Shown piece after piece: positions 26,966 through 37,490 of a DNA stretch of 62,958 nt (the stretch's first letter is position 1; every line of letters begins with the position of its first letter). Both the position numbers and the translations under genes were made by a program. The notes beneath the pieces were generated by a model. That model saw only the letters and a program-made list of their open reading frames with translations. It did not search any database and had not been told where the DNA came from. The stretch is from Pseudomonadota bacterium (GTDB lineage: Bacteria > Desulfobacterota > QYQD01): the NCBI GenBank assembly GCA_011046395.1, contig DSAQ01000150.1:1-62958 (forward strand). Direction: 5' to 3'.

Positions 26966-27889
26966 CTACCGTAGGCAAGGCTCGGCCAATTCCAGTACCC
27001 CTTCGTATCCGTCCAATCTGAACATAGCGCCAATGGGCACGGCCCTATTTTCTTTACCGTGCCCAAAGGGGAAACCGGCAACAATCGGAATATCCAGGTC
27101 TCGCAGGTTCTGATAGGCAAATTTCCACACCTCTTCCGGCTCGACTCCATCCGTGAATTGCCCCAGAACCAATCCGGCCAGCTTAGAAAGCCTCCCGGCG
27201 AGTTTAAGGTGGGTAAAAAGGCGATCAATGCGATAGAGTTTTTCCCCGCACTCTTCAACAAAAAGGATGCGGCCCTCCCAGGAAGTCTCGTAAGGCGTAT
27301 CTATCAGGTGAACCAGGGTAGTAAGATTTCCTCCCATAAGCCGGCCCTGCGCCCGGCCCTTCTGAATAATCTCCCGGCGCGAAGGCGCTATAATCAGAGG
27401 CAACTCTCTGGTAAGGAGGTCTAAGAAGCGCCGCAGCCCATCATCAGAAAGACCAGGCAGTCCGGTTAACATCGGCCCGTGAAACGTAACCAGGCCACCA
27501 GAGTCAAAGGCAAAATTAAGGAGGGCGGTGACATCGCTAAAACCCAAGATGATCTTGGGATGGGTCTTAAATAGCGAGGCATCTATATGACCCAACATAC
27601 GCAGCGTACCGTAGCCGCCGCGTACGCAGAGCACGGCCTGGACCTCGTCATCTATAAGCGCCCCGGCTAGAAGCCGGGCCCGATCTTCATCAGAACCGGC
27701 CAGATAACCGTTTCGTTCGAATAACAGAGGATGATACTTGATTTCAAAACCCAGGGAAATCAAGACCTGCACGCCTCTATCGAAATCCTCTCTCTCAAAG
27801 GGGCTGCCGGTAGCCACCAGGGCGATCCTATCACCCTTGCCCAATCTCTTGGGTCTGATTATTTCAGGATATCTAGACGTTCTGCTCAT
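26966..27889 (-). CDS. ldcA: LD-carboxypeptidase (muramoyltetrapeptide carboxypeptidase, peptidase S66)
   Basis: 307 aa. 'RIALVATGSPF', 'CVRGGYG' and the nucleophile region 'ILGFSDVTALL' are typical of LdcA. Confidence 0.8.
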   Translation of the reverse strand: MSRTSRYPEIIRPKRLGKGDRIALVATGSPFEREDFDRGVQVLISLGFEIKYHPLLFERNGYLAGSDEDRARLLAGALIDDEVQAVLCVRGGYGTLRMLGHIDASLFKTHPKIILGFSDVTALLNFAFDSGGLVTFHGPMLTGLPGLSDDGLRRFLDLLTRELPLIIAPSRREIIQKGRAQGRLMGGNLTTLVHLIDTPYETSWEGRILFVEECGEKLYRIDRLFTHLKLAGRLSKLAGLVLGQFTDGVEPEEVWKFAYQNLRDLDIPIVAGFPFGHGKENRAVPIGAMFRLDGYEGVLELAEPCLR

Positions 27890-28658
27890 AGATGAGGCAC
27901 AGCCCTTCCAGGGTAAGATGGGGTTCGACTACCTTTATGGTCCTGGATTCAGAGACGATTAGAGAAGCCAGCCCTCCTGTGGCCATTACCTTAACCGGGC
28001 TTCCAATCTCCCTTTTCATGCGGGTAACGATGCCATCGGCCATATCTGCAAAACCATAGACAATACCGGCATTCATGGCCGCTACCGTATCCCTGGCCAT
28101 AACCGACCGGGGTCTGGCAAATATAGCGGCACGGGGCAGCCTGGCGGCCTTGGCAAAGAGGGCTTCACAGGAAATAAGCACACCGGGCGCAATGGCCCCG
28201 CCCCGGTACTCCCCGCGTCCCGAGATATAATCAAATGTGGTGGCGGTGCCGAAATCCACGACGATCACGCCCCCCGGATACCGGGCAAAGGCCGCTACGG
28301 CATTGACCAGGCGGTCAGCCCCTAGTTCTGCCGGGTTATCTATACAGATCTGTATTCGGGACCTAATCCCCGGCCCAACTACCAGCGGCTTAACTTTCAG
28401 GTATTCCTGACAAAAGGTCTCGACTGCATAAAGCATGGAAGGGACCACACAGGAAATGGCCGCGCCGTGAATCTCAGAAATGGCTATGTTATCACGGGAT
28501 ATAAGGTAGGAAAAGCTGATAAAAAGCTCGTCAGCGGTCACCTTCGGGTCTGTATGCAACCGCCAGTCTCTAAGGAGACGGTCTCCTTTAAAAAGGCCGC
28601 ATACGATATTTGTATTGCCTATATCTATCGCCAGGAGCACAGGGCATCCCTTTCTCAT
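27873..28658 (-). CDS. coaX: Type III pantothenate kinase
   Basis: 261 aa. '[16 protein letters not shown]' and '[11 protein letters not shown]' are CoaX/ASKHA-fold signatures. Confidence 0.9.
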   Translation of the reverse strand: MRKGCPVLLAIDIGNTNIVCGLFKGDRLLRDWRLHTDPKVTADELFISFSYLISRDNIAISEIHGAAISCVVPSMLYAVETFCQEYLKVKPLVVGPGIRSRIQICIDNPAELGADRLVNAVAAFARYPGGVIVVDFGTATTFDYISGRGEYRGGAIAPGVLISCEALFAKAARLPRAAIFARPRSVMARDTVAAMNAGIVYGFADMADGIVTRMKREIGSPVKVMATGGLASLIVSESRTIKVVEPHLTLEGLCLIYEQNV

Positions 28659-30004
28659 TTCAAGGCCTTTTCCAGAAAAAAAGCCAGATCTTGCGCCAGG
28701 GCCTCTATCTGATCTTCTCTTTCCCCCTCCACCATCACGCGGACTAATGGCTCTGTGCCGGAGAAACGCACCAGAACCCGTCCCCGCCCTCCAAGCTCAC
28801 GCTCTGCCGCGGCCAGCTTTTTCTTGAAGCCATTGATCTCATCCAGATTTTTTCTCACACTTACCCGCATGTTTATCAGCTTCTGGGGATATGATTCCAT
28901 AACCTTCGTCAACTCGGAGAGGGGACGGCCGGTCTTACAGATGATCTCCAGGAGCTGTAGCGCCGCCAATATGCCATCGCCGGTAGTAATATGGTCGAGA
29001 AAAATCAGATGTCCGGATTGTTCGCCCCCAAGGTTGTATCCGCCCCCGACCATTTCTTCCACTACATAACGGTCACCAACCTGGGTACGGACAAGGTTGA
29101 CCCCCATATTCCTCATGCACACCTCGAGCCCCATGTTGCTCATGACCGTAGTAACTAAGGTCTTTTTGCGTAATTTATTCTCCTTGGCCATCATAGAGGC
29201 ACAGATGGCCATGATATGGTCTCCGTCAACCTTATTCCCTTTCTCATCCACAAATATAACGCGGTCTGCATCCCCGTCGAGGGCGATCCCCAGGTGAGCG
29301 CCCTGTTCCCGGACGCTATTTTGTACCAACTTTGTGTCGAGGGCCCCGCAACCACGGTTGATATTCGTCCCATCCGGGTTGACTCCGATCAGGGTCAGGT
29401 CGGCACCAAGCTCGCCAAAGACGATTGGAGCCACTTTATACGCCGCCCCATGGGCACAATCAAGCACGATCCGCAGGCCATCCAGGCTATAAGCTGAAGA
29501 AAACGTGTTCTTGAGAAAGACGATATAACGCCCGGTGGCATCATCGATGCGGAATGCCTTGCCCACCTCATCTGCCGTAGGCCTCAAGGAGTCAATTTCC
29601 TGGGAAAAAATAAGGTCTTCGATCTTTTGTTCTGTGGAATCTGGAAGCTTAAACCCGCTGCCGGCAAAAAATTTTATTCCGTTGTCCTGAAAGGGATTAT
29701 GAGAGGCCGAGATAACGACCCCGGCGTCAGCGCGCATATTCTTGGTAAGAAAGGCTATGCCGGGGGTCGGGAGCGGACCGACCAGGAGCACATCCACCCC
29801 CATGGAACAGATGCCGGAGGCAATGGCATTCTCAATCATGTAACCCGAAAGCCGCGTGTCCTTTCCGATAACTATGCGGTGCCGCCGGTTTTTGTCCTTA
29901 AATACATAGGCGACGCCGCGCCCTAATTGCATGGCTATTTCCGTGGTCATGGGGTGGATATTGGCCACGCCGCGCACGCCGTCCGTACCAAAAAGTTTAC
30001 GCAT
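28655..30004 (-). CDS. glmM: Phosphoglucosamine mutase
   Basis: 449 aa. '[12 protein letters not shown]', active-site '[16 protein letters not shown]', metal loop 'ALDGDADR', and '[16 protein letters not shown]'. Confidence 0.9.
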   Translation of the reverse strand: MRKLFGTDGVRGVANIHPMTTEIAMQLGRGVAYVFKDKNRRHRIVIGKDTRLSGYMIENAIASGICSMGVDVLLVGPLPTPGIAFLTKNMRADAGVVISASHNPFQDNGIKFFAGSGFKLPDSTEQKIEDLIFSQEIDSLRPTADEVGKAFRIDDATGRYIVFLKNTFSSAYSLDGLRIVLDCAHGAAYKVAPIVFGELGADLTLIGVNPDGTNINRGCGALDTKLVQNSVREQGAHLGIALDGDADRVIFVDEKGNKVDGDHIMAICASMMAKENKLRKKTLVTTVMSNMGLEVCMRNMGVNLVRTQVGDRYVVEEMVGGGYNLGGEQSGHLIFLDHITTGDGILAALQLLEIICKTGRPLSELTKVMESYPQKLINMRVSVRKNLDEINGFKKKLAAAERELGGRGRVLVRFSGTEPLVRVMVEGEREDQIEALAQDLAFFLEKALK

Positions 30005-30022
30005 ATATCAACCCTGTTACTT

Positions 30023-31045
30023 CTAAAGTGAGCACAAGCTCTCAGCCACCGGCTTTCTTGATTTCAAATCTGAAATTTGAGATCTTTTTGCTGATGGCTG
30101 ATCGCTGACCGCTGAATGCTTTTCTTTAAAAATGTTCACCCTGACCGATTTCGGCTCAGCCTTCTCTATCTCTACACCTGACGGGGCTTCAATAACCGGC
30201 CGCCTCACATACGTGCCGGGGCCGAGTCCCCCCAATTGCACCACAGCCCGGATATCCTGTTTCCGGTCCGCATTTCGCAGCGCACTCACCGGCCCCTGTA
30301 TTGATACTTCTATGTTCCGGGGGTCAATCTTATAGCCATAGGCCGCACCCGCACCCTCCACAGGTATAAGCAGGCTCTTCCGTATAATCTTTTCCTCAAC
30401 CTGTATATAGGCGGTCACCTGCGGTTCACCCACCACCCTCAGGTGATACCTGTGCAAGTCAAGGCCTGCCACAGCCTTCGTGCTTACAGTAATTCCTGAA
30501 ATATCAATGGGCTGGGTCAAGACCTTTTTTACCTTAGCCACTTCTCTGGCCGCACCGGCCAAAACTACTTTAGCCGGTTTAAGTTCCACTCCCTTTAGCT
30601 CATAATCAGCGGCTACCGCGCCCTTTAACACGGCCTCAACCGGCGCTTCCCGCCGGACCAGCGGCTCCAGGACCAGGTTCACCTGAGAAGGATGAATACG
30701 TGTTACCTGGACCTCCCTCGGGAGATGCATGCCTTCGGAGGTAATATGCAACGTCATCTTTCCCGGCGCGGCCTTGGCCAGATCCACCACATAGCTAAGA
30801 CGACGGGTGACCAGTTCACGCACCAGACTACGCGGCCCATAGACACGCACATCTATCGCGCCGTTAAACTCATTGCTGATAACCAGATCATCAGGCATGT
30901 TAACCAGTTCCAGGGGGACATTAAGACCTACCTCGGCCTTTTCCTCTCCCACCACAAAGAACCACAAAAATAGGGCAAACGCCAGGGCTAAGAGCTTAAG
31001 CCCGATATTCTTTCTCCAGAATCTCTGTGTCTTACCGGCCTTCAT
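30023..31045 (-). CDS. cdaR: YbbR-domain protein, diadenylate cyclase regulator
   Basis: N-terminal TM followed by repeated YbbR-like beta-rich modules. It lies between cdaA and glmM, as in the conserved cdaA-cdaR-glmM operon. The 3' end contains the heptad repeat GCTGANN. Confidence 0.7.
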   Translation of the reverse strand: MKAGKTQRFWRKNIGLKLLALAFALFLWFFVVGEEKAEVGLNVPLELVNMPDDLVISNEFNGAIDVRVYGPRSLVRELVTRRLSYVVDLAKAAPGKMTLHITSEGMHLPREVQVTRIHPSQVNLVLEPLVRREAPVEAVLKGAVAADYELKGVELKPAKVVLAGAAREVAKVKKVLTQPIDISGITVSTKAVAGLDLHRYHLRVVGEPQVTAYIQVEEKIIRKSLLIPVEGAGAAYGYKIDPRNIEVSIQGPVSALRNADRKQDIRAVVQLGGLGPGTYVRRPVIEAPSGVEIEKAEPKSVRVNIFKEKHSAVSDQPSAKRSQISDLKSRKPVAESLCSL

Positions 31046-31071
31046 TTTTTACCTAAATTGAACGAGTTAAA

Positions 31072-31254
31072 AACCACAGAGCGCACAGAAAAAGATTTTA
31101 ATAGTTTAAAATATAATGATTTCAAGTAGTTCTCTGTGTTTTCGTGCATTGAATTTGCAAAACAATAATATATCGTCTTCACTCAACGAGTGCACAGAGG
31201 AAGAGAGTCTTTTCTTTTATTTATCATGTTCTTCTCTGTGTTCTCTGTGGTGAA
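31072..31254. repeat. CACAGAG-type inverted-repeat element (two units) inserted between cdaA and cdaR
   Basis: Left arm AACCACAGAGCGCACAGAAAAAG. Right arm CTTCTCTGTGTTCTCTGTGGTGAA. Internal arms CTCTGTGTTTTCGTG and GTGCACAGAGGAAGAG. AT-rich spacers. Same family as 37491-37621, 45014-45056 and 54568-54654. Confidence 0.75.
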
Positions 31255-31263
31255 TCGCCTTTT

Positions 31264-32064
31264 TTAGGTTTTAATCTTTGTACTCATGAGTTTTTTCCAC
31301 CACTGTTTACTATCCTTTGCCTCACTCCAGATACCCTGAAGCATATTTCTTAAGGTCGCAGCGTCGAGATCGCGTGTTATTTTGCCGTCAATAGCCACAG
31401 AAATAGTCCCGGTCTCTTCCGAGACCACTACCACCACCGCATCGGTATGCTCGGTCAGGCCAACTGCGGCCCGGTGCCGCGTACCCAGTTTTTTGCTCAG
31501 AAAAGGGTTGGTGGAAAGAGGCAAAAAACACCCCGCATGCGAGATGCGGCCATTACGAATGATGACCGCTCCATCATGTATAGGTGAGGTCGGATAAAAG
31601 ATACTCAAGAGTATCTCCCGGCTGACCCGGGCATCGATGGGTACACCGGATTCCAGGTAATCCTTCAGGCCGGCCTCCCTCTCGAGGGCTATTAATCCAC
31701 CGATTCCCTTATTCGAAAGCGATACAGCCGACCGAACCACCTCTTCCAAAATCTGCAGCGTGGCTGTATCTGCTTTTAGAAATGGGGTCCGGCCGACCTG
31801 CATTAAGGCCCGGCGAATATCATCCTGAAAAATGATGACTACCAGAAGAAAAAAGGAGCTTAAAAAGGTGCCGAGCAGCCAGTGCAGGGTTTGCAGTCCC
31901 ACTTCGCGCGCCATGAAATAGAAAACGACCAGGATAGCCAGGCCGGCCACCATCTGCACGGCCCGGGTACCGCGAATAAAAAGGATTATCTCATAAATAA
32001 TAAAGGCTACCAGCAAAATGTCCAGGACATCCTGCCAGCGCAATGTAGTCAAATATTCAATCAT
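31264..32064 (-). CDS. cdaA: Diadenylate cyclase (c-di-AMP synthase), membrane-anchored
   Basis: Three N-terminal TM helices plus a DisA_N domain: 'DGAVIIRNGRI', 'GTRHRAAVGLTEHTDAVVVVVSEETGTISVA'. Confidence 0.9.
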   Translation of the reverse strand: MIEYLTTLRWQDVLDILLVAFIIYEIILFIRGTRAVQMVAGLAILVVFYFMAREVGLQTLHWLLGTFLSSFFLLVVIIFQDDIRRALMQVGRTPFLKADTATLQILEEVVRSAVSLSNKGIGGLIALEREAGLKDYLESGVPIDARVSREILLSIFYPTSPIHDGAVIIRNGRISHAGCFLPLSTNPFLSKKLGTRHRAAVGLTEHTDAVVVVVSEETGTISVAIDGKITRDLDAATLRNMLQGIWSEAKDSKQWWKKLMSTKIKT

Positions 32065-32095
32065 TTTCCTGCGTGCTTTCTACCATCAAATATAG

Positions 32096-32980
32096 CTAAT
32101 GGCCGACTGCCGTATGCTGAACGCTGCCCTTTCTGATGGCTTCTACTATGCGGACCGTGCGTACGGCAGAACGCACATCATGTACCCGCACTATATGCGC
32201 GCCCTCCCAGACACCCACAGCCACTACGGCCTGCGTGGCCCCATCCCTTTCCCCAACGTCGATATCCAATATCTTGCCGATAAAACTCTTGCGTGACGGT
32301 CCTATCAGAATGGGCCGCCCCAGTTCCTGAAAAGCAGAGATAGACCGAAGAAGCATTAAGTTGTGATCCGCGTTTTTGCCAAAGCCGATGCCGGGATCGA
32401 CAATAAATCTATCTCTATCAATCCCCATTTTCCCGGCCCAGGCCATGCGTTCACGCAAAAAAACCATTACCTCCCCCACCACATCGTCATAATAAGGTCT
32501 TGCCTGCATGTCTTGCGGCATTCCCTGCATGTGCATGAGAATGGCCGGAACCTGATGTTTGAGAAGCACCTCAACCATGGCCGGATCATAACGCAGCGCC
32601 GTAACATCGTTAACTATGTCCGCGCCGGCAGAAACGGCTGCACCAGCTACTTCGGCCTTATAAGTATCTATAGAGAGCAGGACATCCCATCGCCTGCGGA
32701 TAGCCTCTATCACAGGCACAACCCGGGACAGTTCTTCCCGGACGGAGACAGGCTGCGAAAAAGGACGGGTGGATTCTCCGCCTACGTCAATGACATCCAC
32801 CCCGGCCTCGATCATATCTTCCGCGTGCTTAAGGGCCGCATCCGGCGCCGTATAGCGCCCGCCATCAGAAAATGAATCCGGCGTGACATTAAGTACGCCC
32901 ATTACATAGGTCTTCACACCAAAGGACAGCACCCTGCCCTTGCAGACCAATGTCAAACCCTCTTCATCCATGATAACCAA
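32096..32980 (-). CDS. folP: Dihydropteroate synthase
   Basis: 'VMGVLNVTPDSFSDGG', 'DVIDVGGESTRP', 'ISIDTYK', 'IVNDV' and 'DPGIGFGK' are the canonical DHPS motifs. Confidence 0.9.
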   Translation of the reverse strand: MVIMDEEGLTLVCKGRVLSFGVKTYVMGVLNVTPDSFSDGGRYTAPDAALKHAEDMIEAGVDVIDVGGESTRPFSQPVSVREELSRVVPVIEAIRRRWDVLLSIDTYKAEVAGAAVSAGADIVNDVTALRYDPAMVEVLLKHQVPAILMHMQGMPQDMQARPYYDDVVGEVMVFLRERMAWAGKMGIDRDRFIVDPGIGFGKNADHNLMLLRSISAFQELGRPILIGPSRKSFIGKILDIDVGERDGATQAVVAVGVWEGAHIVRVHDVRSAVRTVRIVEAIRKGSVQHTAVGH

Positions 32981-33038
32981 AAGACACCCGGATACTTTAA
33001 CTTATATAAGGAAGGTCCCTTACTAAGCGGATCTGGCG

Positions 33039-34850
33039 TTAAGCCGCTGTTGGCTCTCTTCTTCCGTTTAACCCTAAAATTTTGTCGATGTCTCCCGCAT
33101 CCAGCGACTCCCGCTCCAACAAAGAGCCAGCCAGCTTGTGCAGGGACTGAATATTCTCATGGATAATATCCTTGGCACGTTGATAACTTTCCATTACCAG
33201 CCGCCTAATCTCCCCATCAATCCGGACCGCTGTTGCCTCGCTATAATCCTTGTGTTGAGCTATTTCCTTACCCAAAAAGATGTGCTCTTCCTTCTTGCCA
33301 AAAGATAGCGGACCCAGCCCTTCGCTCATACCCCAGTTACAGGTCATCTTACGTGCCAACTCGGTAGCCCGTTCAATATCACTGCCGGCACCCGTGGTAA
33401 ACTGCTTTAAAACGAGTTCTTCAGCGGCGCGCCCTCCCAAGAGAATGGTCAGGTTATTGACAAGATAGTCTTTTTGATAGGTATGCCTCTCATCGATGGG
33501 TAGTTGTTGGGTAAGGCCCAGGGCCCGGCCGCGGGGAATGATGGTTACTTTATGGATGGGATCAGCCCCGGGCAGGAGTTTAGCTACCAGGGCATGGCCG
33601 GCTTCATGATAAGCGGTTATGCGTTTTTCTTCCTCAGTGATGATCATACTGCGCCTCTCCGTGCCCATCATAACTTTATCCTTGGCCTCTTCAAAATCAG
33701 ACATCTGGAGCTTTTCCTTATTCTTCCGGGCTGCGAGTAAGGCTGCCTCATTAACCATGTTTTCCAGATCCGCTCCGCTGAAGCCGGGCGTACCCCGCGC
33801 CAGGACGCTCAAATCCACATCACTGTCCAGGGGCATATTCCGGGAATGCACTCTCAAAATACCTTCACGGCCGCGGATATCAGGTGTGGGCACGACTATC
33901 TGCCTGTCAAACCGGCCGGGCCTGAGCAAAGCCGGGTCAAGGACATCCGGCCTGTTGGTGGCCGCGACGATAATAACTCCCTCGTTCGACTCAAACCCGT
34001 CCATCTCTACGAGAAGCTGATTGAGTGTCTGTTCCCTTTCATCATGGCCTCCTCCCAGTCCGGCGCCCCGGTGGCGGCCCACCGCATCGATCTCATCGAT
34101 GAAAATAATGCACGGGGCGTTTTTCTTCCCCTGCACAAAGAGGTCGCGTACTCTGGAGGCGCCCACACCTACAAACATCTCCACAAAATCAGAACCGCTT
34201 ATACTGAAAAAAGGCACTCCAGCTTCTCCGGCTATGGCCTTAGCCAGTAAAGTTTTCCCCGTCCCCGGCGCGCCCATGAGGAGCACACCTTTGGGAATTC
34301 GTCCTCCGAGACGGGTGAACTTCTTGGGATCCTTCAAAAAATCGATAATCTCGGCCAGCTCCTCCTTGGCCTCATCTATACCCGCTACATCGGCAAATGT
34401 TGTCTTGACATTCTGACCGGAAAGGAGTCTGGCCCGGCTCTTGCCAAAAGAAAGGGCCTTGCCGCCCCCGGCCTGCATCTGCCGCATAAAAAATATCCAG
34501 ACCCCTATGAGAAGAAGCATGGGCAGCCATGAGATAATAAGTGTCCAATACCATGGCGATTCTTCCGCCGGTTTTACCGCTATTTTGACGTTAGCCTGCC
34601 GCAGAATTTTAACCAGATCAACATCCTTTGGGGCATACGTCTTAAACGCCCGGCCATTAACATACTGTCCATGGATGCGCTCTCCCTGCACCGTTACCCG
34701 CGACACCTCTCCCTTTTCCACCTTATCCAGGAAGTCGCTATAGGTTGCCTCACCGCTCTCCTCTCCCGGACGATTAAAAAATTGAAACAAAAGGATCATT
34801 ATCAGGCCGATAACAAGCCAGAGGGATAGATTCTTATAAAACGTATTCAA
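33039..34850 (-). CDS. ftsH: ATP-dependent zinc metalloprotease FtsH (housekeeping copy)
   Basis: Two N-terminal TMs, Walker A 'GAPGTGKT', Walker B 'IIFIDEID', SRH '[20 protein letters not shown]', and zinc site 'HEAGHAL'. It sits in the conserved tilS-ftsH-folP context. Confidence 0.95.
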   Translation of the reverse strand: MNTFYKNLSLWLVIGLIMILLFQFFNRPGEESGEATYSDFLDKVEKGEVSRVTVQGERIHGQYVNGRAFKTYAPKDVDLVKILRQANVKIAVKPAEESPWYWTLIISWLPMLLLIGVWIFFMRQMQAGGGKALSFGKSRARLLSGQNVKTTFADVAGIDEAKEELAEIIDFLKDPKKFTRLGGRIPKGVLLMGAPGTGKTLLAKAIAGEAGVPFFSISGSDFVEMFVGVGASRVRDLFVQGKKNAPCIIFIDEIDAVGRHRGAGLGGGHDEREQTLNQLLVEMDGFESNEGVIIVAATNRPDVLDPALLRPGRFDRQIVVPTPDIRGREGILRVHSRNMPLDSDVDLSVLARGTPGFSGADLENMVNEAALLAARKNKEKLQMSDFEEAKDKVMMGTERRSMIITEEEKRITAYHEAGHALVAKLLPGADPIHKVTIIPRGRALGLTQQLPIDERHTYQKDYLVNNLTILLGGRAAEELVLKQFTTGAGSDIERATELARKMTCNWGMSEGLGPLSFGKKEEHIFLGKEIAQHKDYSEATAVRIDGEIRRLVMESYQRAKDIIHENIQSLHKLAGSLLERESLDAGDIDKILGLNGRREPTAA

Positions 34851-34960
34851 AAAGTCCTCCCTGCTTTTACATTGATTATAAGATTGCGTTATTTTCCCAC
34901 GGTCTTAACGTAAGGAAAAACGCCATATTTTGCAAGCAAAATATATGCCTTTCCTCTTTT

Positions 34961-36439
34961 TCAGTCTAATGAAACCCTGAGTATCTGTTCTGTCTTTTCG
35001 GTAACTTTAAAGCGTTCACCAACCCGCCATCCAGGGATCCCCACAATCTGACCACCTTGCTCAATTATGGGTATTTTTGACCTGAGAGGCCGTGGTATTT
35101 TTTTGTTAATAAAATAGTCTTTGACCTTTTGACTGCCACCCAGGCCATCCGGATAAAACCGGTCGCCTAGCCGGAAATTACGCACTACCAGGGGGAAAAA
35201 GATCCGCCCATAATCAAAATAAGAGACGGAGTGCAAGCTTTCACGGGGAGAAGAATCTAAACCCTCCATTACCTCAAGGGAGATAGATCGTCCGATCTCC
35301 GGCAAAAAATATCGGCCCACGCCGTTTATCTCATACAAAAAATCTTTGGGCACCTTATCGATCTTCTTCCGGCTAAATCGCAATTCCTGATAAATCCTTT
35401 CTACTGTTACTTCGCCGGGCAGAGAAATCCTTTTATAAGGGCCGTCTTTCATGGCCAGGGATTGAATAGATTCCAGATGTCTGAACCCGATGTCCTTCAA
35501 TCTTGTCCCGCTTAATTCAAGGCCCTTTTGCATGACCCTCATCTGAATCGGCCTTGGAATTTCCTGATAACGCTTTAAATCCAGCACTGTTACCTGTCCC
35601 TCCGGCCCTTCTTCCAATTTAGCGAGGCCTGTCCAGGCCTCCTCAGCCATACTCGCCAGCAGGGCCTCATCCTCCCGCAGTATGGAAGCAGTCTGAAGCA
35701 AGATTCTACGGATGCGCGGATTAAAATTACTTTCAAGCATGGGCAATAAATCATGCCGGATACGATTCCGCAGGAAACCCCGCGCCTCGTTTGAACTATC
35801 GATCCGAAAAGAAAATTTATTGGCCGTTAGATAAGATAAAATATCGGCTCGCGAGGCCTCGAGCAAAGGCCTGACAAAGATCCCTTCCCGGATAAAGGGC
35901 ATACCGGATAGCCCCCTGGCCCCGGACCCCCGAATCAATCGCAATAAAAATTCCTCGGCCTGGTCATCAGCCGTATGTCCCAGAGCTACTCTCCGGGCCC
36001 TTGTCTTCTCCGCTGCTTCCTGCAAAAACTTATAACGAAGTTCGCGGCAGGCCTCTTCCAGGGAAAGTCCTTCTTTCTCTTTTAAGGCCAGGGCATTGCC
36101 CCGGCCCGGATGAAAAGGCAGGCCGAGTTCTTCGGCCAGGTTTCCGACAAAAATGGCATCTTCGGCAGATTCTCTCCCGCGGAGGCCATGATCAAAATGG
36201 GCCACAGAAAACTGGAGCGGACGGGCTTCTCTTAATTCGCAAAGGAGATGGAGCAGGGCCACCGAATCCGGGCCGCCGGAGACTGCTACCACCACCGCGT
36301 CTCCAGCACGAAACATGCCGTGCTGATCTACGGTTTTCTGAAATATTGACCTTAATGCCAACCTCTCTTTTTTCATTAATTTAAATATAATCTTTTTGTT
36401 TTGCGCTGACAAGGAGGGAAGAACACTGTAACTATGCAA
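34961..36439 (-). CDS. tilS: tRNA(Ile)-lysidine synthase
   Basis: PP-loop 'VAVSGGPDSVALL', 'GHTADDQAE', and a C-terminal TilS substrate domain. The true start may be the Met at 36376 (MKKERLAL...). Confidence 0.85.
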   Translation of the reverse strand: MHSYSVLPSLSAQNKKIIFKLMKKERLALRSIFQKTVDQHGMFRAGDAVVVAVSGGPDSVALLHLLCELREARPLQFSVAHFDHGLRGRESAEDAIFVGNLAEELGLPFHPGRGNALALKEKEGLSLEEACRELRYKFLQEAAEKTRARRVALGHTADDQAEEFLLRLIRGSGARGLSGMPFIREGIFVRPLLEASRADILSYLTANKFSFRIDSSNEARGFLRNRIRHDLLPMLESNFNPRIRRILLQTASILREDEALLASMAEEAWTGLAKLEEGPEGQVTVLDLKRYQEIPRPIQMRVMQKGLELSGTRLKDIGFRHLESIQSLAMKDGPYKRISLPGEVTVERIYQELRFSRKKIDKVPKDFLYEINGVGRYFLPEIGRSISLEVMEGLDSSPRESLHSVSYFDYGRIFFPLVVRNFRLGDRFYPDGLGGSQKVKDYFINKKIPRPLRSKIPIIEQGGQIVGIPGWRVGERFKVTEKTEQILRVSLD

Positions 36440-36561
36440 GATATAATTTATAGGAGAAGTTCAAAGTTCAAATGGTGAGGTTCTTGGGTTCTCCTGCAGC
36501 TAATCCGGGTTAGGTATCTATAAAAAAGGCAGGGTGCCACCGTGGGTTAAACGTCGTTCTC

Positions 36562-37005
36562 TTATTGCCTGGTAGCCAGAAAGGCGGCCATCTTCAGAAT
36601 TTCCCAATCCTCGTAAGGGGCGCGAATACAGCCATAAACCCCTTTTCCCATGGCTTCTTTGACCAGATCACGGTCGCTTTCCTTATGTAATAGTACAATG
36701 GCCAGCTTAGACGATGTTTTTTTTATTTCTTCATATATCTTACTGCCACTTTCTCTAACCACCTCTGCATCAAGGAATACGGCCTTGACCGGCGTTCTAC
36801 CCGTGTTTTCCAGAAAACTTGGGTAGTCACGATACCAGTCAAGGCCGTAACCATTGGCTTCCAGAATTCTTTTAAAGTGAGAAGCCAGGTTTTTGCTTTT
36901 AGTTAGTATTTTCAAGGATGGTTCTATATGATCGCAACTATCCATCGTTGCCATATCCTGATTTATGCCGACTTTCTTTTTAATTGGTGAATACTCTATT
37001 CGCAT
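36562..37005 (-). CDS. Degenerate receiver-like (pseudo-receiver) protein
   Basis: Alternating beta/alpha pattern like CheY ('LKILTKSKN', 'AVFLDAEV', 'AIVLLHKES', 'GCIRAPYE'). The acidic pair after beta1 and the conserved Lys before Pro are absent. Confidence 0.4.
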   Translation of the reverse strand: MRIEYSPIKKKVGINQDMATMDSCDHIEPSLKILTKSKNLASHFKRILEANGYGLDWYRDYPSFLENTGRTPVKAVFLDAEVVRESGSKIYEEIKKTSSKLAIVLLHKESDRDLVKEAMGKGVYGCIRAPYEDWEILKMAAFLATRQ

Positions 37006-37016
37006 CCATACTTAGA

Positions 37017-37451
37017 TTATTTCTCAATTCTTACCACCAGCACCGAGCAAGGGGCGTGGTTTATCACCCGGGAGGCCACACCGCCCAGAACAAAACGGGC
37101 CGTGGCCCCTAATCCACGGCTGCCTATGGCAATAAGGTCGAATTTACCTTTCTTGGCCATGGTGATGATCGCATCAGCCACTGAATTTGATGAAACCACC
37201 GATGTCTTCGGAGTCACGCCCTTCCCTGAAAGGACTTTTTCGGCATCTCCCAATGCCTTTTCACCATAAGCGGTAAGTTTTCGTTCCAGGGAATCCCGTT
37301 CACGAGCCGTATATTCAATGTCTATATCGGCAATAGAGGGCGTTACCGTCACAAGGTGCACTTGGGCGCCTGTGGCCTTGGCCAGGTCGGATACCATTTT
37401 GACCGCCTCCATGGCATACTTGGAACCGTCGATCGGTACTAATATCTTCAT
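37017..37451 (-). CDS. Universal stress protein (UspA family)
   Basis: 144 aa. 'KILVPIDGS...', 'DLIAIGSRGLG', and 'GGVASRVINHAPCSVLVV'. Confidence 0.85.
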   Translation of the reverse strand: MKILVPIDGSKYAMEAVKMVSDLAKATGAQVHLVTVTPSIADIDIEYTARERDSLERKLTAYGEKALGDAEKVLSGKGVTPKTSVVSSNSVADAIITMAKKGKFDLIAIGSRGLGATARFVLGGVASRVINHAPCSVLVVRIEK

Positions 37452-37490
37452 TTTTACCTCCTGTCTTAGGTTTTCGTATTGTCAAAAATT

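Noticed and set aside
25852-27261. Full 469-aa version of the serine hydrolase ORF
   Set aside because: The first 105 codons overlap the 3' end of ldcA and encode non-protein-like sequence. The Met at 26946 gives a standard-length enzyme starting 20 nt after the ldcA stop.
31072-31254. Possibility that the CACAGAG repeats form a CRISPR array
   Set aside because: The copies are in inverted rather than direct orientation, irregularly spaced and imperfect. They are dispersed as single elements, and no cas genes are present.
36440-36561. Possible tRNA, small RNA or sigma-54 promoter (minus-strand TGGCACCCTGCCTTTTT) between the pseudo-receiver gene and tilS
   Set aside because: No cloverleaf or T-loop (GGTTCGA-type) sequence is present, and the -12 GC element is absent. 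It is more likely a weak terminator or spacer region.
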